NCBI GenBank assembly: GCA_012839865.1
Contig: DUMO01000064.1
Span: 1 to 64,000 of the forward strand
Direction of reading: 5' to 3'
Source of the DNA: Clostridiaceae bacterium
GTDB lineage: Bacteria; Bacillota; Clostridia; CAYPLH01; DUMO01
Length of the DNA stretch: 64,000 nucleotides
Position numbers and translations under genes: made by a program. Below, one piece after another: positions 29,629-41,100 of this stretch. Below the pieces are notes generated by a model. It did no database searches. It was not told where the DNA came from and saw only the letters and a program-made list of their open reading frames with translations. Every line of letters starts with the position of its first letter. The stretch's first letter is position 1.

Positions 29629-30081
29629 TTACCTGTCAGCGTTCTCCAATGACATTTTAAGTATACTGTTAAGCCTTTCATATTGCTTTGTAAGATATAA
29701 GTAACCAATCAGCGACTCAAACCCTGTTGCATACCTGTAATCTCCAATGTCAGCATTTTTGGGGACTGTTGCCGATTTGGCATTTCTTCCCCTTCTTAAA
29801 ACATCCTTTTCCTCATCGGTAAGCAGTTCCAATATATTGTGGGCTATATGGGCCTGCGCTCTGGCTTTCACATAATTTATGGAACGGATATGCAGCGTAT
29901 GGACGGAGGCTTTGCCGCAGGATACCAGGTATGTCCTTACATAAAGCTCAAACACGGCATCTCCTACATACGCCAAAACCAGCGGGGAAAACTGCTTTAC
30001 ATCCTTCGCCGGTATATTGATGTCATCTGATACAATTTTAAAAAAATCATCATCCATATTCAAATCAAATTCCTTGTGCAC
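29629..30081 (-). CDS. mrnC: Mini-ribonuclease III
   Basis: LAYVGDAVFEL, VLRRGRNAK, YRYATGFESLIGYL; start may be at 30057. Confidence 0.95.
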   Translation of the reverse strand: MHKEFDLNMDDDFFKIVSDDINIPAKDVKQFSPLVLAYVGDAVFELYVRTYLVSCGKASVHTLHIRSINYVKARAQAHIAHNILELLTDEEKDVLRRGRNAKSATVPKNADIGDYRYATGFESLIGYLYLTKQYERLNSILKMSLENADR

Positions 30082-30221
30082 TAATCAAATATATTTTCAA
30101 GCTGCATAATTTCTTTTTTTCGGTAATAGTCATTCTGTATACGATAATTACTATTCTACACCAGTGGTTATTCGATTTCTACAACCGACAATAGTATTTT
30201 GCTCTATTATACTATACCATA

Positions 30222-30935
30222 TCACAAGAGTGGCAAAATCATTTCGTACCCTCTGGTTTTACACTCTTTAACCAAAGGTTTTACTCTTCTTAAGATTGAC
30301 ATTATATAGTCTACCGTGTGTGGAATTGGATTTTTTCCCGGGTCCCGGAGAGGATATAAATACCGAACTTTCTGAATTACATAAAGGTTTGCGCCCTCAA
30401 TCATTTGAGCAATTGCAATTATATCCTCATCTGTCAGCGGTGGAGCAAAGGTTGTTCTAAATTCGTAATCCACACCGCTTTCCATAACAATTTTGATGCT
30501 TTCCTGGACTAAATCCGTGTTGATTTTGGTCCTGCAGATTTCATAATACTTTTCAAGAGGTGCCTTGATATCCATTGCAACATAATCCACAAGGTTTCTT
30601 TGACAGGCTTCTTTCAGAATTCCGGGATTGGTTCCGTTGGTGTCAAGCTTCAATAAGAACCCCAGCCCTTTTACTTCTTCCAGAAAAGACAAAAGTTCCG
30701 GCTGCAGTGTAGGCTCTCCGCCACTAATAACAACAGCATCCAGAAACCCTTTTCTTGCTTTCAGGAAGTTCATTACTTCATTTTTATTTAATATATTTTC
30801 GTTGGTTTTTTTAGATAAGAGTATCTGATTGTGACAATAAAAGCAGTTCATATTACACCCGGGGGTGAAGATGACCGCAGCCATCTTCCCCGGGTAGTCA
30901 ACAAAGGAATTCTTCTCTAATCCCGCAATGTTCAT
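30222..30935 (-). CDS. nrdG: Anaerobic ribonucleotide reductase activating enzyme (radical SAM)
   Basis: GCNMNCFYCHN, ISGGEPT, LDTNG; adjacent to nrdD. Confidence 0.93.
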   Translation of the reverse strand: MNIAGLEKNSFVDYPGKMAAVIFTPGCNMNCFYCHNQILLSKKTNENILNKNEVMNFLKARKGFLDAVVISGGEPTLQPELLSFLEEVKGLGFLLKLDTNGTNPGILKEACQRNLVDYVAMDIKAPLEKYYEICRTKINTDLVQESIKIVMESGVDYEFRTTFAPPLTDEDIIAIAQMIEGANLYVIQKVRYLYPLRDPGKNPIPHTVDYIMSILRRVKPLVKECKTRGYEMILPLL

Positions 30936-30936
30936 C

Positions 30937-33027
30937 TTACGAAATCTTCTCCGATACCTTGAATTTTTCTCTATTGAAATACTCTTCCTTTTTACCTGCG
31001 TTATAGTTTTCAACAGGTCTCAAATATCCGGTAACCCTGGACCAGACTTCAGTTGTTCTTCCACATTCGGGACACTTGAAATGCTCTCCCCTGATATATC
31101 CATGATCCTGGCAGATGCTGAATGTAGGGGTTATGGATATATAAGGCATTTTGTATCTTGTAAATATTTTGCGTATTAAGTTTTTGGCAACCGCGGTTTC
31201 TTCAATGCTTTCACCAAGATACAGGTGCTGTACCGTTCCTCCTGTATAAAGGGATTGCAATTCATCCTGAAGCTCCAGCATAGTGAATATATCATCAGTA
31301 AACTCAACAGGCAACTGGGATGAATTGGTATAGTAAGGAGTATTTTTACCGGCAGTTTTAATATCTTTGAATTTTTCAACATCCATTTTTGCAAGCCGGT
31401 ATGAAGCTCCTTCAGCCGGGCTTGCCTCAAGATTGTATACATGTCCTGTTTCGCTCTGAAATTTTATGAGCAGCTCACGAAGGTATTTTAAAATATCAAT
31501 TGCAACCTCCTGCCCCTCTTGTGTGGTCAAATCCTTGCCCATAAAATTAACCAGTGCTTCATTCATTCCAACAATTCCTATTGTGCTGAAATGGTTATGC
31601 CAGTATTCCCCCGTCCTCTGCTTAATGTTTCTGAGGTAATGTGTGCAATAAGGATAAAGTCCCCTTTCGGATTGTTGTTCGATAAACTTTCTCTTTATCT
31701 CCAGAGATGTCATTCCAATTTCTGCTATCCTTTTAAGGCGTACTTTGAATTCCTCATATGTGGACGAAAGATAGCCTATCCGGGGAAGGTTTATAGTAAA
31801 AACACCTATGGAACCTGTCATTGGGTTGCTTCCGAAAAGCCCGCCTCCCCTTTTTCTAAGTTCCGTGGTGTCCAGTCTCAACCTGCAGCACATTGAAACA
31901 GCATCTTCCGGGGACAGGTCTGAATTTATATAGTTTGCAAAATAGGGTATTCCATATTTGCATGTAATTTTCATAAAAGCATCCACTACCGGACTATTCC
32001 AGTCAAAATCCTTTGTTATGTTAATAGTCGGTATGGGGAATGTAAACACTCTTCCCTTGGCGTCTCCTTCCAGCATTACATCACAGAAGGCCATGTTGAA
32101 CATGTCCATTTCCTTCTGGAAATCCCCGTATTTATCTTCAGTATACATTCCTCCCCTTATTACAGGCTCATCCTTCAAGGTTTTGGGAACTTTTATGTCG
32201 AATGTAAGGTTTGAAAAGGGGCACTGGAACCCTACCCTTGTCGGTACATTTATATTGAATATAAATTCCTGAAGGCATTGCTTTACCTGCTCATAGGTCA
32301 TGTTATCGTATCTTATGAAGGGAGCGCAATATGTATCAAAACTGGACCAGGCCTGAGCACCGGCGGTCTCCCCTTGCGTTGTGAACGTGGAATTTACTAT
32401 CTGCCCGAGGAATGATCTTAAATGCTTTGCAGGGCGGCTTTCCACCTTGCCCTTCACTCCTCCGAATCCTTCAAGGAGCAGTTGTCGAAGGTCCCAACCT
32501 GCACAGTAAGGTCCAAAAAATCCAAGATCGTGTATGTGTGCATCACCGCCTTCGTGAGCATTCCTCACTTCATCGGGATAAATTTCATATAGCCAGTACT
32601 TCTTGGTAAATGTCTCTCTCACATAATTGTTTAATCCATTGACACTTTTCTGGGTGTTTGCATTTTCCTGTATATGCCAGTCTTTATCGTTCAAATAATC
32701 TGAAAACATTTCTATGGTTGCACCGATGAGTGCATTTACTTCACGGGCGCTTCTTCTTTTTTCCCTGTACAATATGTATGCTTTTGCAGTTCTGGCATGT
32801 CCGTTCTCTATAAGGACTTTTTCAACTATATCCTGAATGCTCTCCACATCAGGTATTTTATCCTGAAATTTCTTTTCAGCAATACTTACTACTTCATCGC
32901 ATAAGATTTCCGCACGTTCGTAATCTTTTCCTCCACAAGCAACAGCAGCTTTAAATATGGCTCTTGCAATCTTGTCTTTTTGAAAGGATTCTATGCTTCC
33001 GTCTCTCTTTCTGATTTGTTTTATCAT
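30937..33027 (-). CDS. nrdD: Class III ribonucleoside-triphosphate reductase with ATP cone
   Basis: IRKRDG ATP cone, HIHDL, CCRL, glycyl-radical motif SRVTGYLRP. Confidence 0.96.
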   Translation of the reverse strand: MIKQIRKRDGSIESFQKDKIARAIFKAAVACGGKDYERAEILCDEVVSIAEKKFQDKIPDVESIQDIVEKVLIENGHARTAKAYILYREKRRSAREVNALIGATIEMFSDYLNDKDWHIQENANTQKSVNGLNNYVRETFTKKYWLYEIYPDEVRNAHEGGDAHIHDLGFFGPYCAGWDLRQLLLEGFGGVKGKVESRPAKHLRSFLGQIVNSTFTTQGETAGAQAWSSFDTYCAPFIRYDNMTYEQVKQCLQEFIFNINVPTRVGFQCPFSNLTFDIKVPKTLKDEPVIRGGMYTEDKYGDFQKEMDMFNMAFCDVMLEGDAKGRVFTFPIPTINITKDFDWNSPVVDAFMKITCKYGIPYFANYINSDLSPEDAVSMCCRLRLDTTELRKRGGGLFGSNPMTGSIGVFTINLPRIGYLSSTYEEFKVRLKRIAEIGMTSLEIKRKFIEQQSERGLYPYCTHYLRNIKQRTGEYWHNHFSTIGIVGMNEALVNFMGKDLTTQEGQEVAIDILKYLRELLIKFQSETGHVYNLEASPAEGASYRLAKMDVEKFKDIKTAGKNTPYYTNSSQLPVEFTDDIFTMLELQDELQSLYTGGTVQHLYLGESIEETAVAKNLIRKIFTRYKMPYISITPTFSICQDHGYIRGEHFKCPECGRTTEVWSRVTGYLRPVENYNAGKKEEYFNREKFKVSEKIS

Positions 33028-33332
33028 TCGAAACACTCCCGGCGTATATTGATATTGGTACTTCCTGGTGCATATGTACTTTCCAAAATTTCTTAATGAA
33101 TTTTCCTGAGAAGACACTGCTTAAAAAATGGTAAAGCTTTCAACTTATCCATACTGCAGGAAATCGTCTGGGCAATAATAAAAAAAAGCGAGAAAATTCA
33201 ACCTGACCGCAATCAGGAAAAATAGAACCTCTTCTTTTCACCTCCCGGAAAAATTAATTAATTCAGATTTTGAAAATGATTAAAGAGCATTGATTGAGCA
33301 CCTGGCAAAGTGCTCAACATGTTGGTAAGAGT

Positions 33333-33361
33333 AGTATAGCACATACAATATATAGTGTCAA
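33333..33361 (-). promoter_or_regulatory. nrdD promoter TTGACA-N17-TATACT with an overlapping NrdR box
   Basis: ATACAATATATAGTGT at 33343-33358 matches the acaCwAtATaTwGtgt consensus and lies between -35 and -10. Confidence 0.8.
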
Positions 33362-33411
33362 TAAAGGATCTGCATTATTTTCCAAATAGGACTTTGGACT
33401 TAAAAGTCATG

Positions 33412-34257
33412 TCAGACAAGAGGAATATTACTGACTTCATCAATAGCCTGAATGATTTTTGGATCAAGCTTTGGTATTCTTCGTTCACAGGGTACAGAAA
33501 CTTGACATTTTCCACAGCCATACCTTGGCTTGTATTTTTCTTTTGTAATATCCAGAAGTTCAGAACACATCTTGTGATTCTTCCCTTTTTCCAATGAAAT
33601 AGCACCAACAGGACATTTTTTTACACAAGCGCCACACATAGTGCAATATTCATATACGTCTGTATAATTTTTATCACTAATATCCAGCTTAAGGGTTGCA
33701 ACTATGCTTCCTAATCTTCCCGCCATTCCTTTTTCAGTTATGATTCCCTTTGATAAACCAAAAGTACCAAGACCGCAGACAAATGCCACATGTCTTTCTG
33801 ACCAGTTGCTTGTAAAGTCAAATGATTTAAATCTTTTATCCAATATGGGAACCACACTATCATAACCTTCTTCAACCAGTTTTGAACATAAATATTTACT
33901 AAATTCCATTAAAAATTTTTGGCCTTCTATTCGACCGTGAAGCCATCCATTTGACGGCCAATGCTTATCAATTCTGTTGCTCTTAATGATTTCATCTGTA
34001 AATGGCAGGAAATAAGAAATCACAGTATTTGCTTCTGGCAACCACTCCTTTGGAAGAATAAAATGCTCCCCTATAACAGATGGAGCTTTAAGTAAAGTAA
34101 ATCCGTTGTCTTCAGCAGAACCAAATGCGAATATAGGATTATCGAATATCTTCATTCCAACAAGTTCTTCAGTGATCGCGTCGTTCTTTGAGATATAATT
34201 ATATTCCGAGCTTTGAATAAATTCCTTAGAAATTTCAATAATATCTAGATTATTCAT
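33412..34257 (-). CDS. QueG-like (epoxyqueuosine reductase-like) Fe-S protein
   Basis: WSERHVAFVCGLG, CTMCGACVKKCP, CGKCQVSVPC. Confidence 0.7.
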   Translation of the reverse strand: MNNLDIIEISKEFIQSSEYNYISKNDAITEELVGMKIFDNPIFAFGSAEDNGFTLLKAPSVIGEHFILPKEWLPEANTVISYFLPFTDEIIKSNRIDKHWPSNGWLHGRIEGQKFLMEFSKYLCSKLVEEGYDSVVPILDKRFKSFDFTSNWSERHVAFVCGLGTFGLSKGIITEKGMAGRLGSIVATLKLDISDKNYTDVYEYCTMCGACVKKCPVGAISLEKGKNHKMCSELLDITKEKYKPRYGCGKCQVSVPCERRIPKLDPKIIQAIDEVSNIPLV

Positions 34258-34376
34258 AAACCACCCTCACTTGTTAATGTCAATTAAATATTATCCTGCC
34301 TGCATCAAGAATACTCGGCCTTCTCTATACATTTGAGTTTGCTAGTTCATCTTTCTCTATTAAAAAATTATAATTT

Positions 34377-36782
34377 CTACTTCTCCCCCACCAGCTTCTT
34401 AGCCAGCTTCACGGCGGCATAGGCATCCGGTGCATAGCCGTCGGCTCCGATTTCCTGTGAATACCCTTCAGTTACAACAGCGCCGCCTACCATGATTTTT
34501 GAATCAATGCCCTCACTGCGGCATAGCCTGATCACATTTGCCATCTCATGCATTGTTGTTGTCATAAGGGCTGACAACCCTATAAGCTCAGCTTTCTCAT
34601 CACGGGCTGTCTTTACGATTTCATGGGCAGGTACGTCCTTTCCAAGGTCGATTACCTCAAACCCGTAGTTTCTCAGCATAAGGCCCACAATATTCTTCCC
34701 TATGTCATGAATATCTCCCTTTACAGTAGCAAGAACAACCTTTGGAGCATTGGCTTTGCTGTCCCTCTCGGTTTTCAGCATTGGCTCCACAAAGGCAAAT
34801 CCCTGCTTCATGGCATCTGCACTCTGCAGAAGCTGGGGAAGGTAATATTTTTTCTTCTCGTACAATTCACCAGTATAGGTTATTGCGGGAATCATAAACT
34901 TATCTACTATGTCCGAAGGTGTCATTCCCGCTTCCAGGGTCTCTTTTATATATTCCGTTATATGCTCGGCATCACCTTTTACAATTGCATCATATACCTT
35001 GCTTTCAGGGGCCTTCTTTTCATTATTCCTGCCCGCCTCCTGGGAAGCTGAAGAAAAGTGCTTCAAGTATTCCCTTGCTTTTTTGTCCTTTCCGCAAAGC
35101 AAATCTGCAGCCCGCTTCGCATTCATCATCACTTCCTCGGAAGGGTTCAGAATGGCCATTGTGAGCCCTGCCGCCTGGGCCATGGAAAGAAAGGCGGAGT
35201 TAATCCATACCCTTTCCGGAAGACCGAAGGAAATATTGGAAAGCCCTATTATGGTATTGCAATTCAAATTTTCATTTGCCCATTTAATTGTTTTCAAAGT
35301 TTCCATTGGAGCGCCATGGTTTGATGAAACAGTCATTGCAAGCCCATCCACCACTATATCGCTTTTACTGAATCCAAAGCTTTGGGCTTTTTCAAAAACT
35401 GCTTCAATTACACGGCTTCTCTCATCAGCAGTTGCCGGAATCCCGTTATCGTCAAGGGGAAGCAGTATAAACATGGCTCCGTATTTGGATGCTACAGGCA
35501 GCAGCTTCTCAAGCTTCTCCCGCTCACCTGATATTGAATTAATCAAAGCTCTTCCCGGATATACTCTAAGTGCGGCTTCAATTACTTCAGGTTTTGCCGA
35601 ATCTATGCAGAGAGGTACATGAACCCTGGAAGCAAGATACCTTACAATCTCCAGCATGGTCTCCTTTTCGTCAATACCCGGCATGCCTGCGTTAACATCC
35701 AGTATTGCTGCGCCTTTTTCAACCTGGCTGAATGCCAGGTCATCCACCTCGCCCATTTCACCGGCAATCAATTCCTTCTGGAGCTTCTTTTTCCCAGTGG
35801 GATTGATTCTCTCCCCTACTACCGTCAGAGGCCTGCCGGAACCGATAAAAACAGTCTTTCTGGTTGATGTTAGGGCTGAAACTTCCTGGGCTTCAAAATG
35901 AATTGGCACTAAGCCTTGAAGCTCCCTGTTCACCAGCCTGATGTATTCGGGAGATGTGCCGCAGCACCCGCCCAGCATGTTCACCCCGGCTTCTACAAAA
36001 CTTTTTGCATACTTTGCAAAGTCTTCCGAAGACATTCCAAATACAGTCCTGCCGTCAACCAATGAAGGCAGCCCGGCATTTGGCTTTGCAAGTAGGGGAA
36101 CCCTTGCATAAGGTTTCATTGCCCTAATAAAATTTACCATTTTTTCAGGACCTGTGGAGCAGTTGCACCCTACTGCATCAGCCCCAAGGCTTTGCAGTGT
36201 AATCAAAGCAGTAACAGGGTCCGTTCCGGTTAATGTCCTTCCATTTTCATCAAAGGTCATAGAGACACATACCGGCAGGTCACAGCATTCCTTAACTGCA
36301 ATAAGGGCAGCCCTTGCCTCCTGAATATCGAACATTGTCTCAATAACAAAGAAATCCACTCCACCCAGAAGAAGTCCCTCTACCTGGAGCTTGTAGTTGT
36401 CCACCGCCTCTTCGAAAGTAAAATCACCGAAAGGCTCTATAAACTCCCCTGTAGCCGATATATCGCCTGCCACAAAGGCCTTGTACGCTGCAGCCTCCCT
36501 TGAAAGTTCAGCAAGCCTTTTATTTATCTCAACGGTCCTGTCTCCCAGTCCATACCCCGACAGCTTGCACTTGTTGCCGCCAAAGGTGCATGTGTACAGC
36601 ACCTTGGAGCCTGCAGCAACATACTCTTTCTGCAAATCCAACAGAGCTTTGGGGTTTTCAAGCACCCACTGCTCCGGGCATACACCGGAAGGCATCCCTC
36701 TTTTTGTCATTTCTGTTCCAAAAGCTCCGTCCAGGAGCATGATTTTATCTTTTAAATAATTTCTGAAATCTACCTTTTTCAA
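34377..36782 (-). CDS. metH: Cobalamin-dependent methionine synthase (Hcy, pterin and B12 domains; activation domain separate)
   Basis: LLDGAFGT, GCNC, GGCCGT, GERINPTGKK, VKGDIHDIGKN. Confidence 0.9.
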   Translation of the reverse strand: MKKVDFRNYLKDKIMLLDGAFGTEMTKRGMPSGVCPEQWVLENPKALLDLQKEYVAAGSKVLYTCTFGGNKCKLSGYGLGDRTVEINKRLAELSREAAAYKAFVAGDISATGEFIEPFGDFTFEEAVDNYKLQVEGLLLGGVDFFVIETMFDIQEARAALIAVKECCDLPVCVSMTFDENGRTLTGTDPVTALITLQSLGADAVGCNCSTGPEKMVNFIRAMKPYARVPLLAKPNAGLPSLVDGRTVFGMSSEDFAKYAKSFVEAGVNMLGGCCGTSPEYIRLVNRELQGLVPIHFEAQEVSALTSTRKTVFIGSGRPLTVVGERINPTGKKKLQKELIAGEMGEVDDLAFSQVEKGAAILDVNAGMPGIDEKETMLEIVRYLASRVHVPLCIDSAKPEVIEAALRVYPGRALINSISGEREKLEKLLPVASKYGAMFILLPLDDNGIPATADERSRVIEAVFEKAQSFGFSKSDIVVDGLAMTVSSNHGAPMETLKTIKWANENLNCNTIIGLSNISFGLPERVWINSAFLSMAQAAGLTMAILNPSEEVMMNAKRAADLLCGKDKKAREYLKHFSSASQEAGRNNEKKAPESKVYDAIVKGDAEHITEYIKETLEAGMTPSDIVDKFMIPAITYTGELYEKKKYYLPQLLQSADAMKQGFAFVEPMLKTERDSKANAPKVVLATVKGDIHDIGKNIVGLMLRNYGFEVIDLGKDVPAHEIVKTARDEKAELIGLSALMTTTMHEMANVIRLCRSEGIDSKIMVGGAVVTEGYSQEIGADGYAPDAYAAVKLAKKLVGEK

Positions 36783-36790
36783 TTTGTATA

Positions 36791-36978
36791 ACTCCTTTCA
36801 ATTGCCTCAATTGCTTAAGTTACAAAAACTCTTTCAATTAAATCGATAACTTTAAATTATGCAAACTCTTTCAATCATTCCGATTTCTTTCAACTTACAA
36901 AAATCCCTCTCAGTTAACTGGCCGCTTTCAATTTATGTGAAACTTTCAGTTGCCCCGATTGCTTTCAATTTATAAAAC
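36791..36978. repeat. Five degenerate ~37-bp tandem units rich in CTTTCAAT
   Basis: Units start near 36791, 36828, 36865, 36903 and 36942. Confidence 0.6.
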
Positions 36979-36982
36979 CGCT

Positions 36983-37630
36983 TTACCTCGATTGCTCAAT
37001 TCCACAAATGGCAGTCACCGACTTTTCAGGGACCAGCATAAAAGATTCGGTAAGTTCAATTCCAAGTTTATCAAGGTTAAGTATATCATAAAATATTCTC
37101 TGACTGCCAAGGGGTAAATCTCCATAACCTGCACTGTATCGGTGTCTTGTAAGTTTCAGGCCTTTATGCAGCAAATTCTTTTCCATGTAGCCCATCAGCC
37201 AGCCAAGTATGGCATCCGCAGTTTCTGAGGCCACCGCGTCAAGCATTGCCCCGTAAGCCGTATCTCTTTTTTCTATTTCATAGCGAATTCTGTCTACTAT
37301 TTTTGATCCTGCGGTTCCAGCCATGATTAAAGCTTTTTGGCTTTGCTTCAAAAGAGCTGAAAGTTTGCTGCTGTGAAGTGCAATATTCCCTTCAAGAAGA
37401 ATTTTATCGTCATCCCTCTCTACAATTTCAAGCACACGGAATGCGGCTTTGGGCTCGCAAAGCATCAGCCCGTCCCTGATTGCTTTTTCAAGAACACTTT
37501 CATCCTTTTCACTTAAAACAGTCGTGCCGCTCCTGAAGCCTAATCTTGATAATATCAGCTTTTTTTCAGGTACAACAGGTATATTATAAATATATTTTGC
37601 ACTCGAGTCACCCATTGCATTCAACTCCAC
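36983..37630 (-). CDS. Stand-alone methionine synthase activation domain protein
   Basis: RYSAGYGDLPL..Q, FMLVPEKSVTAICG; upstream of metH. Confidence 0.88.
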   Translation of the reverse strand: MELNAMGDSSAKYIYNIPVVPEKKLILSRLGFRSGTTVLSEKDESVLEKAIRDGLMLCEPKAAFRVLEIVERDDDKILLEGNIALHSSKLSALLKQSQKALIMAGTAGSKIVDRIRYEIEKRDTAYGAMLDAVASETADAILGWLMGYMEKNLLHKGLKLTRHRYSAGYGDLPLGSQRIFYDILNLDKLGIELTESFMLVPEKSVTAICGIEQSR

Positions 37631-37754
37631 TTAAACCTCAGTTATCTTCACTTAATTTACCTCAACTCCAATTAATTAATAACATATTATACTTTTTTCA
37701 TGAATATTTCAAGCACTAATTAAGATAATGTTTCAATCGAATATACTGTAAAAA

Positions 37755-37959
37755 ATGAAATGTATGCAGAGCATAACAAGGCTCTTATTTTGAGAAAACC
37801 TACGGTTTGCAGAAGGCAAAAATGCTATCGCTTTTTACTCGCCCTCCGTGGCTCGAAAAAGCTAAAAAAACATCCTTTTTTTTCACGCATTTTTGCCTTC
37901 TGCTCACCTGGTTTTCTAACAAAATAAAGCCATTTGTTATTGCTCTGCACACATTTCAT
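37755..37959. mobile_element. ~205-bp palindromic MITE-like element, copy 1
   Basis: Ends ATGAAATGTATGCAGAGCATAAC / GTTATTGCTCTGCACACATTTCAT; near-identical to the reverse complement of 45835-46041. Confidence 0.8.
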
Positions 37960-38181
37960 ATATACTTCGAACAAACGACATCCCCCAACTATACCATTCT
38001 ACTTTTTGCCCCATATAGTGTATAATTAATTTGGAAACTACTGCGCATACAATTTACCTTGCTTAATTGAACCTCTTAACAGGTTCCTTGCTAAGTCATG
38101 CACAAAAATATACTTGTCTGCAATTCTCCCCGGTAACGGGAAGGCTGCATGTCAAGTTTAAAACAACAGAAAGGATATGTC

Positions 38182-41100
38182 ATGGGCATCAGGTTCATAT
38201 ACGGAAGATCCGGCAGCAGCAAAAGCACATATTGCATAGAAGAAATAAAATCAAGGCTTGAAGAAGGAGTGGATTACCCGCTTATACTGCTGGTTCCCGA
38301 ACAGTTTTCCCTGCAAGCTGAAAAAAACCTTGTTGCAGCAACCGGCAGAGGCGGGATAATCGGCTGCGAAGTATTAACCTTCAGGCGAATGGCCTACAGG
38401 GTTTTCAATGAAGCAGGAGGCCTTACAAAAAAGAGGCTAAATCCCGCCGGCAGATCCATGCTTATTTTCCGTGTATTGAAAAAAGTTAAAAAGGATCTAA
38501 AGGTTCTTTCGGGCTCGGCTTCCCATAAAGGATTTGTAAAAATCATTTCCGAGCTTATAACCGAATTCAAACGGCACAATATTGCACCGGAAGAACTGGA
38601 AGATGTATGCGGAAAACTGCCTGATGACGGGTTTTTCCGTCAAAAGCTCAGAGAGATATCACTTATTTACAGCGAATTTCAGAAAAGTATCGAGAAAGGT
38701 TACATGGACCTAGACGATGACCTTACCTATATGTGCAAACGTCTGAACAATTCGGTGCAGTTTGACGGGGCTGAAATCTGGATTGATGAATTTACAGGCT
38801 TTACCCCCCAGGAGTATTCCGTACTTGAGATTCTCATGCAGAAGGCCCGGAATATAAATTTCAGCCTCAGGACCGGCAGCCTGATTGAAAATAACAGCAA
38901 TGATCCGGGAAACCTTTTTTCTCCTGTTCTAAAAACAATCAACAAGATTGTGAAGATTGCCAATACAAACAAAGTTGAAATAAAAAAACCAGTACGGCTT
39001 GATGCCAGACCTTTGCCAAGGTTTTCAAACAGCCCGGAGCTTGCCCATCTGGAATCAACACTTTTCACCTATCCGGTGGTGACTTTTTCAGAACCTGTAG
39101 AGGATATTGTGCTTTTTGCTGCCAAAGGTATCAACTCGGAAATTGAAAGTGCTGCCAAAAAAATAACCGGTTTTTGCAGGGAAAAGGGATTAAGATACCG
39201 GGATATTGCGGTAGTTACCGGGAATCTTGAAGGTTATGAAAAGAATATTCGAAATATATTTGAATTGTATGAAATCCCGTATTTCATCGACAGCAAAAGG
39301 AGTATTTCAGGACATCCCCTTGTCTCTTTCGTCCTGTCCGCTCTTGATATATACATTAAAAACTGGTCCTATGAGTCTGTTTTCAGATACCTTAAAACAG
39401 GCCTCACAAACCTTGCCCCGGAGGAAACCGACCTTATGGAAAACTATGTCCTTGCCTGCGGGATTAGAGGAAACAGGTGGACCCGGGATGAGGACTGGGA
39501 CTATCTTCCCGAAAGCATGTATGGCACTGATGAGTTGGAAGACAGGGGCGCTTTGGAGCTGGAAAAGATTAATCAGATAAGACGAAAAATCAGCGAACCA
39601 TTAATGTCGTTTATAAACAGTATAAAGGGCAAAAAGGCCGCCCAGGACATCTGCAGCGCTTTATTTGCCCTCCTGGAGGATACAGGAGCTGCCCAAAAGA
39701 CAGAAGCCTACATTGATTATTTCAATAGTTCGGGCCAACTGGATTTGGCCAATGAATACAGCCAGATATGGAACATATTGATGGAAATGTTCGACCAGAT
39801 TGTTGAAGTCCTTGGGGATGGCATTATAACTGTGGAAGCCTTCAGGGAAATTCTGGCTTCCGGGTTGGAGGAATTCAAAATAGGCCTTGTTCCCCCTTCC
39901 CTGGATCAAGTGCAGGTGGGAAGCATAGACCGCTCCATTAATCATAATATAAAGGCTCTATTTGTGCTGGGAGTCAATGATGGCCTCTTCCCTGCGGTAA
40001 ACAAGGACGAGGGCATCATATCGGACAGTGAAAGAAACATTCTAAGCGGATTGGGGCTGGAGCTTGCGGAGGACACCCGGACACGAACCTTCGAAGAAAA
40101 TTACTTTGTATATGAAATACTATCCACCCCCTCCAAATTTCTATGGCTCAGCTATCCGGTGGCTGATGAGGAAGGGCGCGCATTAAGGCCCTCGGGCATA
40201 ATAGGAATGATTAAAAGGATGTTCCCTCAATTGGTTGAAAAAAGCAATATTATTGAAAAAACCGGAATAGAGGAAAGCCTTGAGCTAATAAGCGTTCCCG
40301 GGCCGACATTCAGAGAACTTTTAAGAAAAATCAAAAGCCGGGCTGATGGAAGCCAAATAGCCGATGTGTGGCAGGATGCAGCAGCCTGGTTTATTAACAA
40401 TGAAAATTGGTCGAAAAAATTTGAACTCGCTTTGTCAGGCCTTACTTATACAAATCTGGCAGGTAATCTGGAACGGGAAAGTTTGCACAAGGCAATAGGC
40501 GGCACAGTGTTCACAAGCATCTCAAGGCTTGAAAAATACGTTAACTGTCCCTTTGCCTACTTTGTGCAGTACGGGCTTAAAGCCAGGGAGAGAAAAGTGT
40601 TCAGGCTCACTCCCCCGGATGTTGGAACATTTATGCACAACATAATTGATGCTTTTTCCAAACGCATTGCCGCACAGAGAATCAACTGGCGTGAGCTTAC
40701 AAGAGAAATGTGCAACAGCATGATATCTGATATTGTTGACACTGAGCTTGAAAAATCCGTCGGCAGCATCCTGAAAAGCTCGAAGCGTTATTTTTACCTT
40801 GTCCGCCGGCTTAAAAGGATAATGTCAAGGGCGGTGTGGCTAATCAGCGAACATATCAGAAGAAGCGGATTTGAGCCTTTGGGATATGAAGTCTCCTTCG
40901 GTTATGACAGTAGTATCCCCCCCATTGAAATTGAGCTTTCAAACGGTGCAACAGTAAAGCTTACCGGCAGGATCGACCGGATTGACACAATGAAAAGTGA
41001 AGACGGCACCTTTGTAAGGATAATCGACTATAAATCCGGTACAAAGGATTTCAAACTACAGGATGTGTACTATGGCCTGCAACTGCAGCTTATAACCTAC

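Noticed and set aside
33412..34257. True queG forming a pathway with queT
   Set aside because: 8 kb apart and not co-operonic; the protein is a short QueG-like Fe-S type of uncertain activity
36791..36978. CRISPR array (ATTGAAAG ends)
   Set aside because: Units are adjacent and degenerate, with no unique spacers and no cas genes in the window
37807..38025. Short ORFs at 37807..38025, 45773..45973 and 27759..27944
   Set aside because: They lie within palindromic repeat elements and only reflect the repeat sequence
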